Shown here: piece by piece, positions 1 through 15,000 of the stretch
Layout of the letters: each line of letters begins with the position of its first letter
Numbering within the stretch: the stretch's first letter is position 1
From: an uncultured Planctomycetales bacterium
GTDB taxonomy: Bacteria > Omnitrophota > Gorgyraeia > Gygaellales > Profunditerraquicolaceae
NCBI GenBank assembly: GCA_964645795.1
Contig: CAZYCL010000008.1
Coordinates: 8,166 to 72,165 of the forward strand
Length of the DNA stretch: 64,000 nucleotides
Reading direction: 5' to 3'
Made by a program: the position numbers and the translations under genes
The notes under the pieces: generated by a model
Told to the model about the DNA's origin: nothing
The model's database searches: none
Seen by the model: only the letters and a program-made list of their open reading frames with translations

Positions 1-3000
1 GTCAAACGGAGGCTTGGGCATATTCTTAAGTATGCCGCTGGTAAAAGGCGTAGCAGTATAGCTGGCAGCGACCTTAAGCAGCAGGTCGTTGCCATTGAGG
101 CCGTATTTGTTCTGGCCTAACTTCATAAGGTAAGCTATATACTTGGCTCCGGCATCGATATTCTTGGCATCGTTGTTGACCATGATGTAGGCAAGGCGCA
201 CGCGGCTGCCGTCATATTTCGGATATATGGTCAGATACGCGTCGTAGCCGATCTGCATGCGGCCGGCAGTGGTGGGCTTGACAACCGAACCGAATACGTC
301 AAGTACGCGCTCAAAAGGAGTTAGATCCAGGACTTCATAGAACATCACCGCGGCGACAAACTCGGGGTCAACTCCGTACTTGTTGCTGTATTTGATGATG
401 TTTTCCCTATTCTCTTCTACTCTATTCAAAGCGGTTAAGATGCCCTTGGTATTTCTTACTGTGCCATTGCTGTACTCTGAAGCCTCGAAGAACTTGGCAG
501 CTTCATCTTTACCCAGGTAAAGAGCCAGTGTTCTCTCAATATACGAACGCATAGCCTGATCATTGAGCGCCGCGTAAGCAGCTTCTTTGGATGCATGCGG
601 CTTGAACCCGTCGGCTAACTGGAAGGTCTTTAAGGCGCCCAGCGTCAATATGGACCAGAGCACGACCTTAGCGGCTATCTTTGCGCGGCTGGCAGGCTTA
701 GAGGCCTTGCTTAATTTAGCGGCCTTGTTTAAGCGGGCGGCTTCTCTTTCGGCATCTCTTTCCGCTGCCCACTCATTGGCAAACTTCCAGGCCTCTTGCT
801 TACCAAGGAACAGGGAAGAAGTTAAGAAGACGATCTTCTTGGCCAGGTCATACTTGACCGGCGAAGAGATGTTGCTGTTATTCCTGATCTGGCTCAAGCT
901 CTTGGCAACTATCGCGCTTAAGGCCTGCTTATTGATGTCGCCGTTGACGTTCAGTAAATTGGTATTTAAGGTGGCGCTTAATCCGGCCTTTAATGCGGCA
1001 GGAACCTTGTTTTCTTTGCTGGCGCTAGTGATAAGGGTAAGCTCGGTTACTCTTCTGGCTTCTGAGGCGTTGATGGGCGAGGCGGCCTTGTCAATGCTGG
1101 TAAACATAGGAGGCGCCAAGCTATAATGATAAGTTGCCTTGGGGTCGGTTGCCTTGATCGTGTATACCAAGTTAATCTTTAATCCTATATTATCCAGACC
1201 AGGGAAGTTATTACCGGCGTTAACCGCGAAGCTTTGATTGGCGTTGGCAGCGAGATTTACGGGGAGGTTAATAACGTCAGAAGCCTCGACCGGAGGAGCA
1301 TGGGAGTAAGGAGCGGCATGCGGCATGCTCTTAAATCCGAATTCCGCGCTGCTAGAGTTTCTTGCCAGGCTGTGATTGAAGATAGAATGCACGATGTTTA
1401 AGACAGCGGCGTTCTTAACGGAGTTGCGGCTAATTTCATCGGTGGCGTTATTGATTGCTGTTTCTTTCTTCTCAGTGTTCTTGCTTTCTTTATCCTTAGT
1501 CTCATTATCTACAGAAGCTAACTCAGTACTTAAGGTGGAGTTAACGGAGAAGCGATAGTTAGTTAAGACTTTATTAAAGTCTTTAATTAAGTTGCGGTTT
1601 CCGTTTAATGTTAAGTTGCCTTCGAACCTGTAAGGCTTATAATTATTGCTGTAGTTAAGCGCGCGGTTATATAAAACAGCTTTTCCGGATCTTAACATAT
1701 CTTTTTCCAGCTCAACTGCGCCGTCGATATTAGCGAGAGAAATGCCGTCCTGCTTGTTGGCCACGCTGGTAGAGTAAGTATTGAAAGCAACGGCTGCTCC
1801 GGTTGTAGAGGTGCTGCTTAAAACATAAGCTGCGCTGATACTAGCAGTATTTGCGGCGCCTTCAATATAGGAATAATGTATTACGGGAGAAGCGCCAAAA
1901 GCGTAATCGTCTTCTTTCTCTGTATCGCTATCGCCTGCGGCAGACCCGCCTACGCCAGCACCGGAGCCTGAGCCTGCATCGGCGCCAGCGCCGATGCCTG
2001 CGCCTGAACCGCCGCCGTTGCCGTCACCTTGGAGATCATTTACTTCTTCATCAGAAATTTCTTCAATCTCTTCTTTACCGACCTTCCTTGCACCTGCATT
2101 TTCAAATGATCTTGCCTCGGTGTTCAAGCCTATTGCAATAATCTCACCGTTTTTCTTAAACAATTCGCTTATAAGAACTTCTTTTCCTATAATTGTAAGG
2201 GCGGACGCGTTATCTTCGGAAATAATAAGCTTATCCCCGTTTCTTCCTATAACGTTGAAAGCGTGGTATAAGCGGTCATCGGCTTTCTTCATCAAGATTA
2301 GTCTATCCAACAATCTTTGCGGCATATTCCTTAAAGCATCTTCGGACAAGGCAAATACGCCTAATAAGTCTTGCGCTATGCCTATTGCATCTTTAAGGGA
2401 AACCTTCTTGCCTTCCGCTCTTCTCATGCGGATCGCAGACTCTATTTTCTCTCCCGACTTTTCGCCTACTAATGCGTAAATCGCAAATATCAAACAGTCA
2501 ACCGGATTATCGGTATTCAAATATTTAACAACGCCCTTAACGGCGACATTAGCTTTTTCATTTGCTACTGTAGCTTTTTCATTTGCTACTGTAGCTTTTT
2601 CATTTGCTACTGTAGCTTCTTCTTTTACTTCTTTTAACTCGGCTTCCATCTTCTGCTGGCTTTCCAGTATCTTTACGATTAAATATTTGGTATTGGCATC
2701 AAGGGCCTCCAGGGAAAGAACCTTCTTCAGGTCTTCGTTGGTAGCCACCAATTTACCGAGAGTAGACTTGCCTTCGGCAACCAAGAGCTTTAAAGCATCG
2801 TCATTCTTGTTCAACCTGATCTTGGCACCGACCCTCTTATTATTATCGGCGTTATCTTCGCCAATTGCGTCTATCTCAAGCTGCTTAAGGTCCTCGGCAT
2901 CCAAACCTAATTCATTAACGGCGCGGTCAAACCAGGCCTCTAAGCCGTTGATGGCCTCGACCCTTGTCTTTTCGACCTCATTTTTATCCTCAAATACTCT

Positions 3001-6000
3001 TCTTCTTAACATTAATTTCTTAGCGTCACCGGCTTCGTTAACTATGGAGTTACTGACAGATTCGGCAGAATCAAAGAACATCTGCCTGGTTTCTTCTTCG
3101 GGAAGGATCTCGCCGTTAGGGGCCTCTAATCGGTAATTAAGCTGGGCCTTGGTCAGTATAACCAGAAGCCTGGCCATGCGGGATTTAAGTATTAAGCCGT
3201 TTTCGCTGATAGGACTGGATATGCACTCTCCACGGGTCGGATCCGATGCGCTTGTGGAGGAAACCGGCACCAGATTCTTTGAAATGGCTTCATTTGTAGA
3301 GAAGTTTTCTCTTAAAGGTGAAGCTGCCTCTAAGAGCTTTACATCTGCTGCTAATCTTACTTCTTTACTTACTGCTGGCTGCGGATCATTCGCGCCTGCT
3401 CTTTCTTCGGTTGCACTCTCCGCACCCCGGGTTCTCTCTGAAAGTTTCAGAGAACCTTCTGAAACCTTGTCAAAACCTGCTTGTTTTGCTGCAATGGCCG
3501 CGCTTATTCCCATCAGCTTGGCTAAATTCTGCGCGACAAAATCAATAAAATTAGCCAAGAGGGGACCGGCGGGCGGGGCAAGGCCTGCTGTGTGGTCTGC
3601 AATTGGATCGGAGAATTTAAGGTTATTGACGTTAAGGACCAGCACGCCGCCTATATCCATAGGCATTATGGGGCTGGCTGCCGCAGATAAGGCCATAGCA
3701 GGGCTGAAACTTGAGCTAAATACGCTTCCTACAATGGAGCCGACTCCGCCAAGGCCTGAATTGCCTACAGGAGCATTGCTAACAGGCGCGGTTGGAGCGG
3801 AAACCGGCACTGCAGGCAGGCCTAAAGGCTGCCTGGTATCGCCTAAAGGAACCTCGGAAGGCTCCGGCAGGCGATTTAAAGGTAACTCTTTTGTATTATA
3901 TTTAAATACCTTAGCCTTATCCAGGGTGATCTTGGGCTGCTTAAATGTTGGCACACGGCCAAATCCGGAGCCGCCTGCGCCAATGCCCTTACCCCTGCCT
4001 GAGCCGCCTGCGCCAATACCAAAACCGCTGCCAGCGCCGCCACCAAGGTCCGTAGCGCTCAAAGATTTCACTTCAGGAGCACTGATATCCTGCTGCTTGA
4101 CAGATGAAACCTTGATCTTCTGGCCGGTAACCGCGGCAAGAGTAGTGACAAAAGCCTGGGTAAAGATATCCTGGCGCTTAGCCAAGGAATAATCCGCGTC
4201 TTTAGAAGCCTTTAGCGGAGAGGAGATGGTCTTAGCCTTGGCTGTTAAAAACTCTTTTGTGCCGCTGATCAGGCTGCTGTCTTTGGTAGCCAGCGTATAA
4301 GAGGAGCGCTCATTATCAACGGCCTTGAGCATATCTTCCAATACCTGCGGACTCACCACCGCGCCGGCAGGGTTATCGGTAAAAGGCGTGCCTACGGAGT
4401 TGGTGGCAAGGGCAACATAGCCCTTATCGGTCTTAACCAGATAAGGTGAGCCTGAATCTCCGGGCCGGCCCTTTCCTAACGGATTGATCAATATTATCCT
4501 ATTGCCGATATAGACAGGCTGGCCAGTCACAAGATTCAAATCGTTTCTTGCGCTCACGAGAGTAGCGGGATTGGACTGGATAGACTCAATGGTCTTGGGC
4601 CCGGCTAATTCTACCGGCACCAGGGTCTGGCCTTTAAGATCGCTCTTCTTGACGGCTAATAAAGCCAGGTCGCCTTTGGCTGCGTTCATCTTTTCTCTCA
4701 TGAACCCGGGTCCGAAGGGGATGCCGGAGAATTTGTCTCTTACAAGAGTCATGACAACCGTTGCATCAGTGATTTTTTCGCCCTTCATTGTCTCTAAGGC
4801 AAAGACCTTATCCTTAGCCACATGCGTATTAGTCATGACAAAGTACAGGTCTTGGGTTTGGCCGACAACATAGCCGGTAGCGCCTGCATTCGGAGAATGA
4901 TCTTTGCCTACGGGAGATACCTTTACTATGGTGCGGGAAAGCTCATCCCTGCCGGATTCCATGGCCTGCTTTATTGATTGCAGCTTATCCTGCTGGGCCT
5001 GTCCCGGAAGCACCAATGCCAGCTGCTCTTCCAGCTTCCTGGCTGAAGATTCGATGTCTTTGTCGGCAAGCACGGCATCCATAAGGAACAGCTGGACGTC
5101 GGAAGCGGATACATCCAGGTCTGATAACTTATTTATCAGCGAGCCTACTGCAACGGCAGCGTTATTAGCGGATACGCCCGGCTGCTGCAGGATCCTATCA
5201 AAGATGTCCCGGTTGATATCTTCGTAATTCTCGGCAAGCTTGAGTCTGCTTAAACCGTCCAATAAAGAGTTTACCGCAGGCGTAACATCCTCCATGTCGC
5301 CGCGGTCGATGATCTGGGACAATATGCTTCCGGCAGCATAATCCGATATATGGGCCTTGATGACCAGGTTGTCGGCTAAAGACTTCATATCCGACAAAGT
5401 GGCGCTGTCCAGCATCTTTATAGTTTCGCCGATATCCTTGCGGCCATAAGAAGTGTGGGTGATTATCGGCCGCCTCATTTCAGGACCCATCCCGGCCTTA
5501 TTCAATAGCAGGGAGAGCTCTTTTAAGGGCTCGGTAATATATTCTTCTTCCATCTTTAAGGTCTTGGAGAGGTAATCTTTTTCCGCAGCTAAGGCGCGGT
5601 TCTTCTTAAGCTTGGCAAAGAGAGGCGAGGAAGAAGCCTCGGCGGCTTTAACGGGCGAGGAGACCTTATCCGGCATGCCGATCTCTTCGTTAAGCTTACT
5701 CAGGAACTTCCGGACCTTGCCATCCGTATCATATTGCTTGAGCGCGGCGGCAAAGTTCAAAACTTCCATCTGTCTGTTTTTGAGGGTAAAGAGCGCGGCG
5801 GATTTTTCTGATTCTGTAAATAAGAACGGGTTGAGGTGGCCGAAGAGTTCAATAGCCACGCCGTGGTCGGATTTGGCTAAAATATCTTTGAAGGCTGCGA
5901 AGGCCTTGATGTCTGCGACGGTAACAGTGCCGGACTCGGCCTTGGCAATAAGCAGGTCGAGAGCGGAAAGCACCAGCTGGTTAGGATTGACCTTGCCTTC

Positions 6001-9000
6001 AACAGGAGGCACCTGGCTGTCAAAATGGCGGCTGGTAGCGATGCGCTCCCTCTTATCCTTTAGCTCCTGGGCCGACACCTTTACGGCGTCATTATCATTG
6101 AGGCCCTTGATGTCTATGCCGGCAACCACATCGGTAACGATATTATCGTAGGTATGCCTGAAATAATCGATCATACCGTTTAAGGCGTGCTTAAGGTTTT
6201 CGTTATCCTTGGCCAAGCTGATAAGCTCGTCCAGCTTATTCTTGCTAAAGCCGGACTGCTTATTCTCTTTTAACTCAAATAAAACGTGGTGGCCGTCATG
6301 CAGGTAGACCATCAGGCGCGTGTCTTCGGGGATGCCGCGCAATGCCCTTTCATTGACCAGCATTGTGCCGATGTTCTTTTCGCTGGTAAATGCCAGCGAG
6401 TCTTTGGTGCCGCCATTACGCACTACCTTGATATCGTAATCATCGGGGTCGATATTCCCGCCGGCAGCGACTATGGCCTGATAGACCTTGGCTACCCGCT
6501 TATCATATTCATCATCGGGGCCCTGGACCATGGGCCTCATGCGCTTGACGCGGTTGCCGTTGGTCCACTGCACGAAGTCGACGACGTCAAAGAGGAAATT
6601 GCCGGTACTGTGCAATACCTGCTTCTTTTCTCTTGCGTTCTCGGTGACCGTATCGCGCCAGCCGCTCTTGGCATTAAGCGCGCCGACGGCATCGCTGAAG
6701 GAATCAAAATCCTGATTGGTAGTGCGCTCGATGAGGTCCTTCATGTTCTCGGTGCCGAAGTCGTTACCATAACTATGTCCGGGATGCGTCTTGACATACT
6801 CGGCAAGGTCCAGAAGACTGAAATACTGCACTACCATTTCATTGGGGTCCCACTCGCTTATTTCAAGGTTTAACTCCGGAACGCTGATACCAAGGACTCC
6901 GGAGATGACTTTTAGCATATTATCATACTGCGCGCGCTCCTGAGGATTCTTGATGAGGCCTAAATTATCCTGCTGCACGCGCTTGATGATGTCGTGTTCT
7001 TTTTCGTGGATGGCGTTATATACGGCCACGACGCTGGGAGTGAAGGTGAGGTTGCCGGACTTGTCAAAATCAAAGATAAAATTCTTACCCACATCCATCT
7101 TAAGGGTGCCCTCGGAATACTGGGCAGTAACTAAAGTATTGGTTTCCTTATTTACCAGCTTATTCAGGCCCACCAACTCTATGTTTATCTTTTCATCTAT
7201 GCCGAAACGCTTGTTGATGGCCTGACGCGCATAACCTGCCAGGTCAAAGGTGGAGCCAGTTGATGGATTGTTTACCTGATGGCTCAACACCGGCAGTACC
7301 GCTCCTATAACATCTTCGGCAGTATTGGTCTTAAGGTTCTCCAGGTCTTCTTTGGCTTTGTTGAGCAGAGGCAGCATCTTGGCGTCTGCAGGCGTATACT
7401 TGGAAGATAAAGCGCTGTTGACCATCCTAAGTGCCTCTCTCCTGGTAGGCATGTAATTGCGCGCTCCGGCGCCAAAAGGAGAGAGTGTTTCCTGAAGCAC
7501 TTCGCTGATCAGGGCGGCGAGCTGCGGATTACCGACCACGGTCCAGGGCAAGACGCTTAAGCCCATCTGGATGACCTGTTCGGATAAGGTTTCTTCGATG
7601 GTGCCGGTTATTGCCATGTCCATGACCCTGCCGGCAGAAAGCGCGCCTTGCGTGCTGGCTAACCTGGGCGCGGTGCCTAGAATCGCCTTGGCCGAGAAGG
7701 TTTCTTCCATGCCTTTTCCGATAGCCTGGAAGTGCTTACCGAAGTTAGCGCGCTTTATGTTAGAAAGGATAGGCTCGGCCATCGGCTGCAGTACGGCCAG
7801 AATTGCGGAGAAACGCAGGTTAGAGTTATCAAAGTTATCGAACCAAACCCTGGCGTTACCTACTACGTCTTTGCTCCTATCCCAGGCAAGGCCATCCTTG
7901 AGCGACTTTATCCTTGCCTCTCCGGTGGAGTTGCCCTCTTCATCGGTCTTATAACCGAACAAGCCCACGGAATAAGCACGGTTGATCACTTTTAAGGCGA
8001 GGTTAAACTTCTGGTCAAGGCCATTGGCATTCTTCCAGGCCTGCCCGTTTACGCCTACGATATCAATATAATTCTGGATGTTGCCGTCCTCTCCGGGAAC
8101 CCAGAAAGCGCCAAACGTAGAACGCCAGAGCGATTTCTCAAAATCAGTGGAAGCCGAAGGAACGATGAACTTGTGAGTCAGGAGCGACGTGGCCTCGATG
8201 ACTCCGTATAAAGGAGCGATGACGGTAAAGAGGTTGCCGATAGTGCCGCGCAGGGCAAAATCATAAGTCAGATACTTGCCCGCGCCTAATATATGGCTGC
8301 CGGCCTTGCCCAGACCCATCTTAGTGCCGAGCTTCTGCCATTCCGCGGGGCTTAAGTTGCCGCCTAAGACACCCAGAGTCTGCAAAGCGCCGTATCCGGC
8401 AAGCGCGATACCGCCGTAACGCAATACTTTACCGAAAGTAGTATCTTTTAATTTATCGGATTTACCTAAATAATATGCGCCGATACCGCCGGCAAGCGGC
8501 AGGACTGCGGAGGTGTAAGTCTGCGGCTGCTTTAATGCCTGCTTGAACTCCCCTAACTGCTGTCCGCCGCGGATGATGTTGGAGTTAATACCCTCTTTTC
8601 TTAATCCATACCAGAATCCTTTGGGTGATTTAAGGTCATGGCCACGGTAGGATTTTCTGGCTACTTTGCCGACGTTAGCAAGCCCTCTGGCCAAAGCGCC
8701 CATGAATAAAGCATAGGACCAATCATTGGCCTGGCCGACTACCTTATAATTGTATTTGCCATCTGCTCCGATCGGGTTATACTGGTCGATTTCAAGGACA
8801 TCGTGCTTGGTAAATAAATAAGTGCGCGCGCGCTGCCAGTAATTCAGGCCGCCTTTGCCTTTTTTAGCCGGATCAAGGCTTTCTTCAAAGATACCGGCAA
8901 GCGGGTCAAAGGTAAGTTTTTTGCCGCTGTAGATGAGAGCGCCGGTTCCGGCAATACCTAAACCCTGCACTCCCCAATGAGCGGCTGTGCGGCTAAGCTT

Positions 9001-12000
9001 AGGAAGGTTCTTAAGGCCGAATGCGCCGATGCCCGCGCCCATAAGAAGATACGGCAGTGCGCCATTCTCGGCGAATTCCTTGCCAGCTTTTTTATCCTGC
9101 GTGTAACGCAGGTATCCTGCCAAAGCACCGGCTGTTCCCCAGGCCGTAGTATACTTTATCTGATGCGCCAGCCCCTGCCAGCGACCGGACATGGCTTCTT
9201 CTCCGGTGCCGAATAACCAATCGCGGCTAAAAGGAACGGCTTTAGTCTTTATCTCGCCGTTGGCTAATTTTATCTGGACTCTCTCTTTGTTCTTAATTAA
9301 TATATCGGCGCCATTGGGTCCTTTGTTTTTAATAAGCACGCCTTCTTTAGTAACTTTCATCTGCTCGCCGGTAGTGCCGGTGAAAAACTCGCTTTCCTTA
9401 AATTTGCCGGCATCTTTAGCTATCTTGACTTCAGTGCCGATCCTGCCGCGGTTAAGGAACCTCTGATAAGCAGGAAGCTTGGTGATGCTTCTGGCTAAAA
9501 GTACGGCGCCGGTGCCGGCAGCAAGTAAGCCGATATGGGAAAGGATTACGCCCGCGGCCTTATCCTGAATGCCGATCTTTTCCGAAGTTCCCAGCCAATG
9601 CAACGTCGAGCCTCCGGCAAGCGAGCCTCCGGCAATTGCCGCTTGCTTGCCAAAAGAAGCATTGTCAAATTTATTCAGCTGGGCATTTGCCCAATTGCCC
9701 AACCTGCTATGGGAAACCGCCTTGGTAATACCGGTTGCGCCGCGCCAAATGAACGCCGCGCCTACCGCACCCGAAGCGATCTCGTCCTTCTGATAAGCGG
9801 CGTTGTAGACCTGGTCTAAGAACTCACTAAATCCATAGCCGTTGGGGCCGTAGTTCATGATCAAGGGCATGCCGATAGTAAAGGCGGTGTTGATATAGAC
9901 CAGGTTCTTGGCGTCCCTGTGGACCCTGGAAAGGAACTGAGGTACGGATACTGAAAGCGGTACATTGGGAGCTACTGCTTTGGCTTCGGCAGCTGCTGAT
10001 CTTAAATTAAGGTAAGTCCGGGATTCGGCAATGGCTGCCTGGCGTAATTGGCCGGCCAACTGCTTCAGGCCTCTTGCCCCGCCGACCATGCTTCCGAAGA
10101 TCATGCCGAACTCTACCCATTTGTCTTCGGGGATCTCGTTATAATTAAGCTCCTTCAGGGTTTCTTTGGCCTTGTTCACCGAATCAAAGAAGCTTAAGGC
10201 GGTCTCTTTCAGGTTTCCTATCGCTCTTATGGAGTAGCTTCCGGAGGCGGCCTGAATAAGGCTATCCGCTCTGTAGAAAGCATAGGCAATGACGCTTGAA
10301 CCTATGCCGCCGATGTTTTCGCGCAGCATGTCGTTAAAGAGCAGCCGCTCCTGATATTTAACCATATCTACGCGCTTAGCAACGTCATTTCTAATGCCTA
10401 AGAAATTACCTATATTACCTGCTGTGGCAAGGATGCCTCTGCCGGGATTAAGCAACAAGCCGGGGATGACTGCCGCGGCTCCCAGCTCGTTTACCATGGG
10501 ATGACGCAGGTCAGCCTGGGCTGCGGCAGTTGAGCCGCCCAGGAATACCGCGGGGTTTCTCCAGCCTACGAGGTCGCCTACGGGAATAAGGGCTTTATTG
10601 GTATAAAGACGAGTAGCAACAAATCCTTTCTTTACGGCTGAACCGGCGCTATTCAATCCTTTGGCCAGCTTAGCGCCGTCTATGAGCTTGCCCCAACGTA
10701 TAAAATCAATAGCCGAGAATGCCGCGGCGCCTCCTGTCATGGCAACAATCTTAGCAACATCCCAGCCTTTCTCGTCTTTAAACTTCCAATTTCCGGTTAT
10801 CGCGGATTCAGTGAGATAGCCGGCGCCTGCGCCTAAAAGCGGGGAGCGGATGGCCGCGCCTACAGGCTTGATGTTTTTACCTACGGCATAGGAGATATCG
10901 AATAATTTCTGCTGGCTTTCGATCTGCCTTCTTAACGCGCCTGTAGCAAACTCTTTTGCGATGACTTCTTTTTCTAAGCCCTTGGCTCCGCCTCTAAACC
11001 CTTCTTTAATGACCGGATTCCTATTGACGGCGTAAACTGTGGTCGCGCCGATAACCGCTCCTGAACCCATGGCGACTATCTTGGACCAATTAGGAGTATC
11101 AAAGATCATGCCCTCTTCCTTAAATCCCCAATTACCGGTGGCCAGTGAATCCGCCAGGTATCCTGCGCCTGCGCCACCCATAGCTCCCAGTGTCGCAGGG
11201 TGTTTAATAAAATTCAAAAGCGCCTTATTGTATTTAATCGCGCCGGCCCCTAACAAGACTGCAGCTGCGGGTATCGCCATAGCTAAAACCTTATGCTCAT
11301 TGAGCCAGGAGTCTTCGGGCAGCCGGTTCTTGAGCCCTGCGGATAATCCGGGAGCCATTAGCGCTGCTCCGGCAAACTTGACATAAGAAGAGGTCTTTGC
11401 AGCCTTGTTGAGCGGGTTAGCTGCGGCAGCAATATCTTTGCCGAAACCGACTCCCAAAAGACCGCCGCCAAGGGTCATGCCTAATTTATCCCAATCAAAG
11501 TTCCCTTCCTGATTATTTAAACCCCATTTGCCGCTGATAAAGCTGGAGGCGGTATAACCTGAAGCAGCGCCCCGTAGCGGCATGCCGCCTTTTTCTGCTG
11601 TCAAACGCGCGGCCTTACCTATTTTATAGAACCGCGTTTCAAGAACGGTGAAATCCTTGGGGGTAATACCTTTAGCCCAGCCGGTATATAAGCCTGCGCC
11701 CATGCCTTTTCCGTATTTAGCTGCGACCCTGCTGCCTGTAAAGCCTACAGCGGCGCCGCCTGCCATAGCAGCTATCTTGGACCAATTAGGAGTATCAAAG
11801 ATCATGCCCTCTTCCTTAAATCCCCAATTACCGGTAATCACTGAATCCGCTAAATAACCTATGCCGGCACCACCTGCTGCTGCTGAAGTATATCTTAGCG
11901 CTGCCGGAGCTTCTGCTGCTATCCATTTGGTTGCGCCATCCACGGCTCCCTTTACAGCTTTTGCTGCCCGGCCTCCTTTAGCAGCAGTTAATACCGCTCC

Positions 12001-15000
12001 GTTGAATAGAAGCGCGCCGCCTCCCATATGCAAAAGCTTAGAGGAATCGAACTTAGTCCAGTTGCCTGTTTTATATGAGTCGACCAGATAGCCGGCGCTT
12101 GCTCCGGCTAGAGTAGTGCCGCCGTATTTTGCCCAGGGATTCATTGTAGAACTGGCCACGCGCGAAAGGATATTTTTGGATGCTCCGAAAAGGACAGAAG
12201 GAGCGAGGAGCCAGGCGTAACTGGTCCCCAGGCTCTTGAAGCCTTCGCCTAAATTCATAGCCCGGCCACTGGAAGAGATGCTGCCGAACTGGTCAATAGC
12301 TAAGCTTGAGTTGACCCAGAACAGGCTTCCGGTGGTAGAAAGATTGCGGGTCGCCATACCCATAGTGCCAACTTTAGCGATATCAGTTCCTTTTTTCAAA
12401 GTTTCTACGGTCTTAAAGATATTGGCGCCTGCTCCTTCAAGCTTACCCAGGTTTGAGGTGTTCCTGATTATGCCGGACATTCTTACCCAGGAAAGACTCT
12501 GCCTTGAGCGGTCAATTGCCGTAGCTAAGTTACCCGCGGAAGCGCCGGCTTTTCCAGCTGCCTGCAAGGCTTTTAAGTCCGTGGATAGTCTGGCTAAGGT
12601 CGCGCTCTTGGCCCATGCCGCGGCGCCCGAGGCGACAAAACCAGTAACACCGGCAACTGCCATTTCTCCGCCGGTAATATGGTCGCCGGTCATTCCGTAT
12701 TTAAGAACGGCTGTAGAAGCAATGCTTCCGGCAGCTCCTACGCTTCCGGCAGCAAGAACAGCAGCCCATTCCGGTCCGGCTAATCCGCCGCTAAGTATAG
12801 TAGTCCCAACTACGATCACCCCCGCAGTAGCATATGTATTGAGTGCTCCTACCGTAAAAGACTTATCTAACGGCAAAACCGGCGTTAACCCGTTTAGTTT
12901 GGCCCTATCATACAGGTCGCCTATTGTCTTGGCGTGATTGCTGATCAGAACCGACATATAAACAGGATGAGCGATATTAACTATGCCAAGATCTTTGAAC
13001 TGCCCTGTAGCCAATGCTTCATTTAGCTTATAATTGGCATAAATCGCATTTCTCTGCGCCAGGCGCTCTTTCCGAGGCTTAAAACCCTGGGCCCTAAGAT
13101 CGCTTCTGTTCAAAGACATCAGCTCATTAAGGCTTTTGTTCACAACATTGCCTTCGTTATCCTGAAGATCTATGGTAATTTTCTTGAAAATCCTATCCGT
13201 ATTATGAAATTCGGAGCGATATCCCGCGGGGCGGCTTTCTCCCAAATCTCCGATGGAGATATCCGACATGATAAGGGCCTTGAAGAACTGCTTGTTTCTT
13301 CTGCTGAATAAAGCTTGCTTAACCAACCCGATTGCTCGCATTTCCAACTCGGGATTAATGACTGCGTTTTGCTCTTCCAGGCTTACTCTTTGGTCGCCGT
13401 TTACGCCCTTGCAATAAAAAGAGTTTGTTTTGTCCCCATGGCGATAATTCATACGCTCATAGCGGACATAATCTCCGCTGGGCAGGCTTAATGAATTCGT
13501 TATATAATAACTGTGGCCCGCAGCTTCCCCGCTGTTCTTATAAACCAATTTCTTTCTGACGACTTCCTGAACCGCGCCGGTTGAAGGATCGAGGATAACG
13601 CCTGCTTCTCCTTCATTGTTCAGGCCGGTTTTAATAAAATGATTATCCGCCTGGAAAAGGACTGCGTAAATTCTGTCTCTATGACTCTCATAAGCTTTAT
13701 CTAATTTAAGCTTTGAATACTGAGGCAGGTTACCTATGCGCCCTTCATTGCCAATAATCGACTTACGCTGCAGGTCTTCATACAGTTTTTTCCCTTCATC
13801 CGCTCCTAATATCTCGTTGAATGCATCCGGCCCAATGACCCCGATTTCCCTTCCGTCCTTGACGAGGATAGCTTCGGTATACCCGATAGGCCGCACCGAC
13901 ATAACCCCTGACAGAACGTTATTAGGGTCTTTGATGCCTAAATCCGGTAGTTTATGTAAAACCTCGCAATCCAGCAATAATGCCTCTCTGTGGTTAATTG
14001 ACGGACTGTGCTTAATCGTAACCATCTCTCTAACGCCTTTGCTGGCTGTTCCTATACCATGAATGTCGGTTCCTATAGCAGCGTAAATGGCACCCTGGCT
14101 GATGTCTTTAGGATTTATGGCTGTGCCATCGGCGTTGAAGTATAATAGAGAAGAAGAGTTCTTGTCATTAATATTCCAATCGGAGTTTGGAACAGCGAAA
14201 TAAGATATACCCTTTGCTTTACAATAGGCCCTGCCTAACTCCTTGGCATTATCACTGCTGTAAGCTATGCCGTCCTTTATGTATATCATGTTCTCTACTA
14301 ACAATTTCTCTGTGGAATGCATCGAATATTCGCTTCCATAGCCGGGATTTTTCTTCATAAGCTCGATCACGGTGAACTGATTAACTTCATTGGCGGGGGT
14401 GATTTTGTAATAACCCTGCTTATAGACCGCATTGTTCGTATGCAGCTCTGTGACAGCCTCTTTTCGCTTAGCCACCAGATATTCAGTATAAGTGCTTACG
14501 GATGAGCTGTTATTGTTTACCGACCCGGTAAAGCTTCTAGTGGAAACCTTGCTGCCCAGATCTTTGCCGGTATGATCCATCAAGTGTTTACGTTTAAGAA
14601 GGGCCACCTTTTTGGCTTCCTCATTACCAAGGGAGTCGGTTGATGTATAAGTAACCCACTCCCTGACAGTGCGCCTGGTTCCCCCGGTCTCCACAGTCAC
14701 TCTTTTTGTTTTGCCATTAACATTAAAAAGCCGATTCAACGGACCATTGCCCTTTATTTTCCCAATCTTGAGATCAGTATTCTTATCTAATCCTAGATTC
14801 TCCGCCGCCTTCGCCGCCAGTATACCCTTATTGCCTTTGGTCAACGGGATAAAAGTAGGCTTTTCAATAAACGGGAAAAAGGCAGCTTTAATCGTCTTTT
14901 TCCCGACTTTAATCTCCAATGTGATAAATTCGGCTGCATCGTTGGCACTATTAGGCACCACGCCAATCAGCTTTCCGCCTTTTAAGGCTTTATTTTTATC

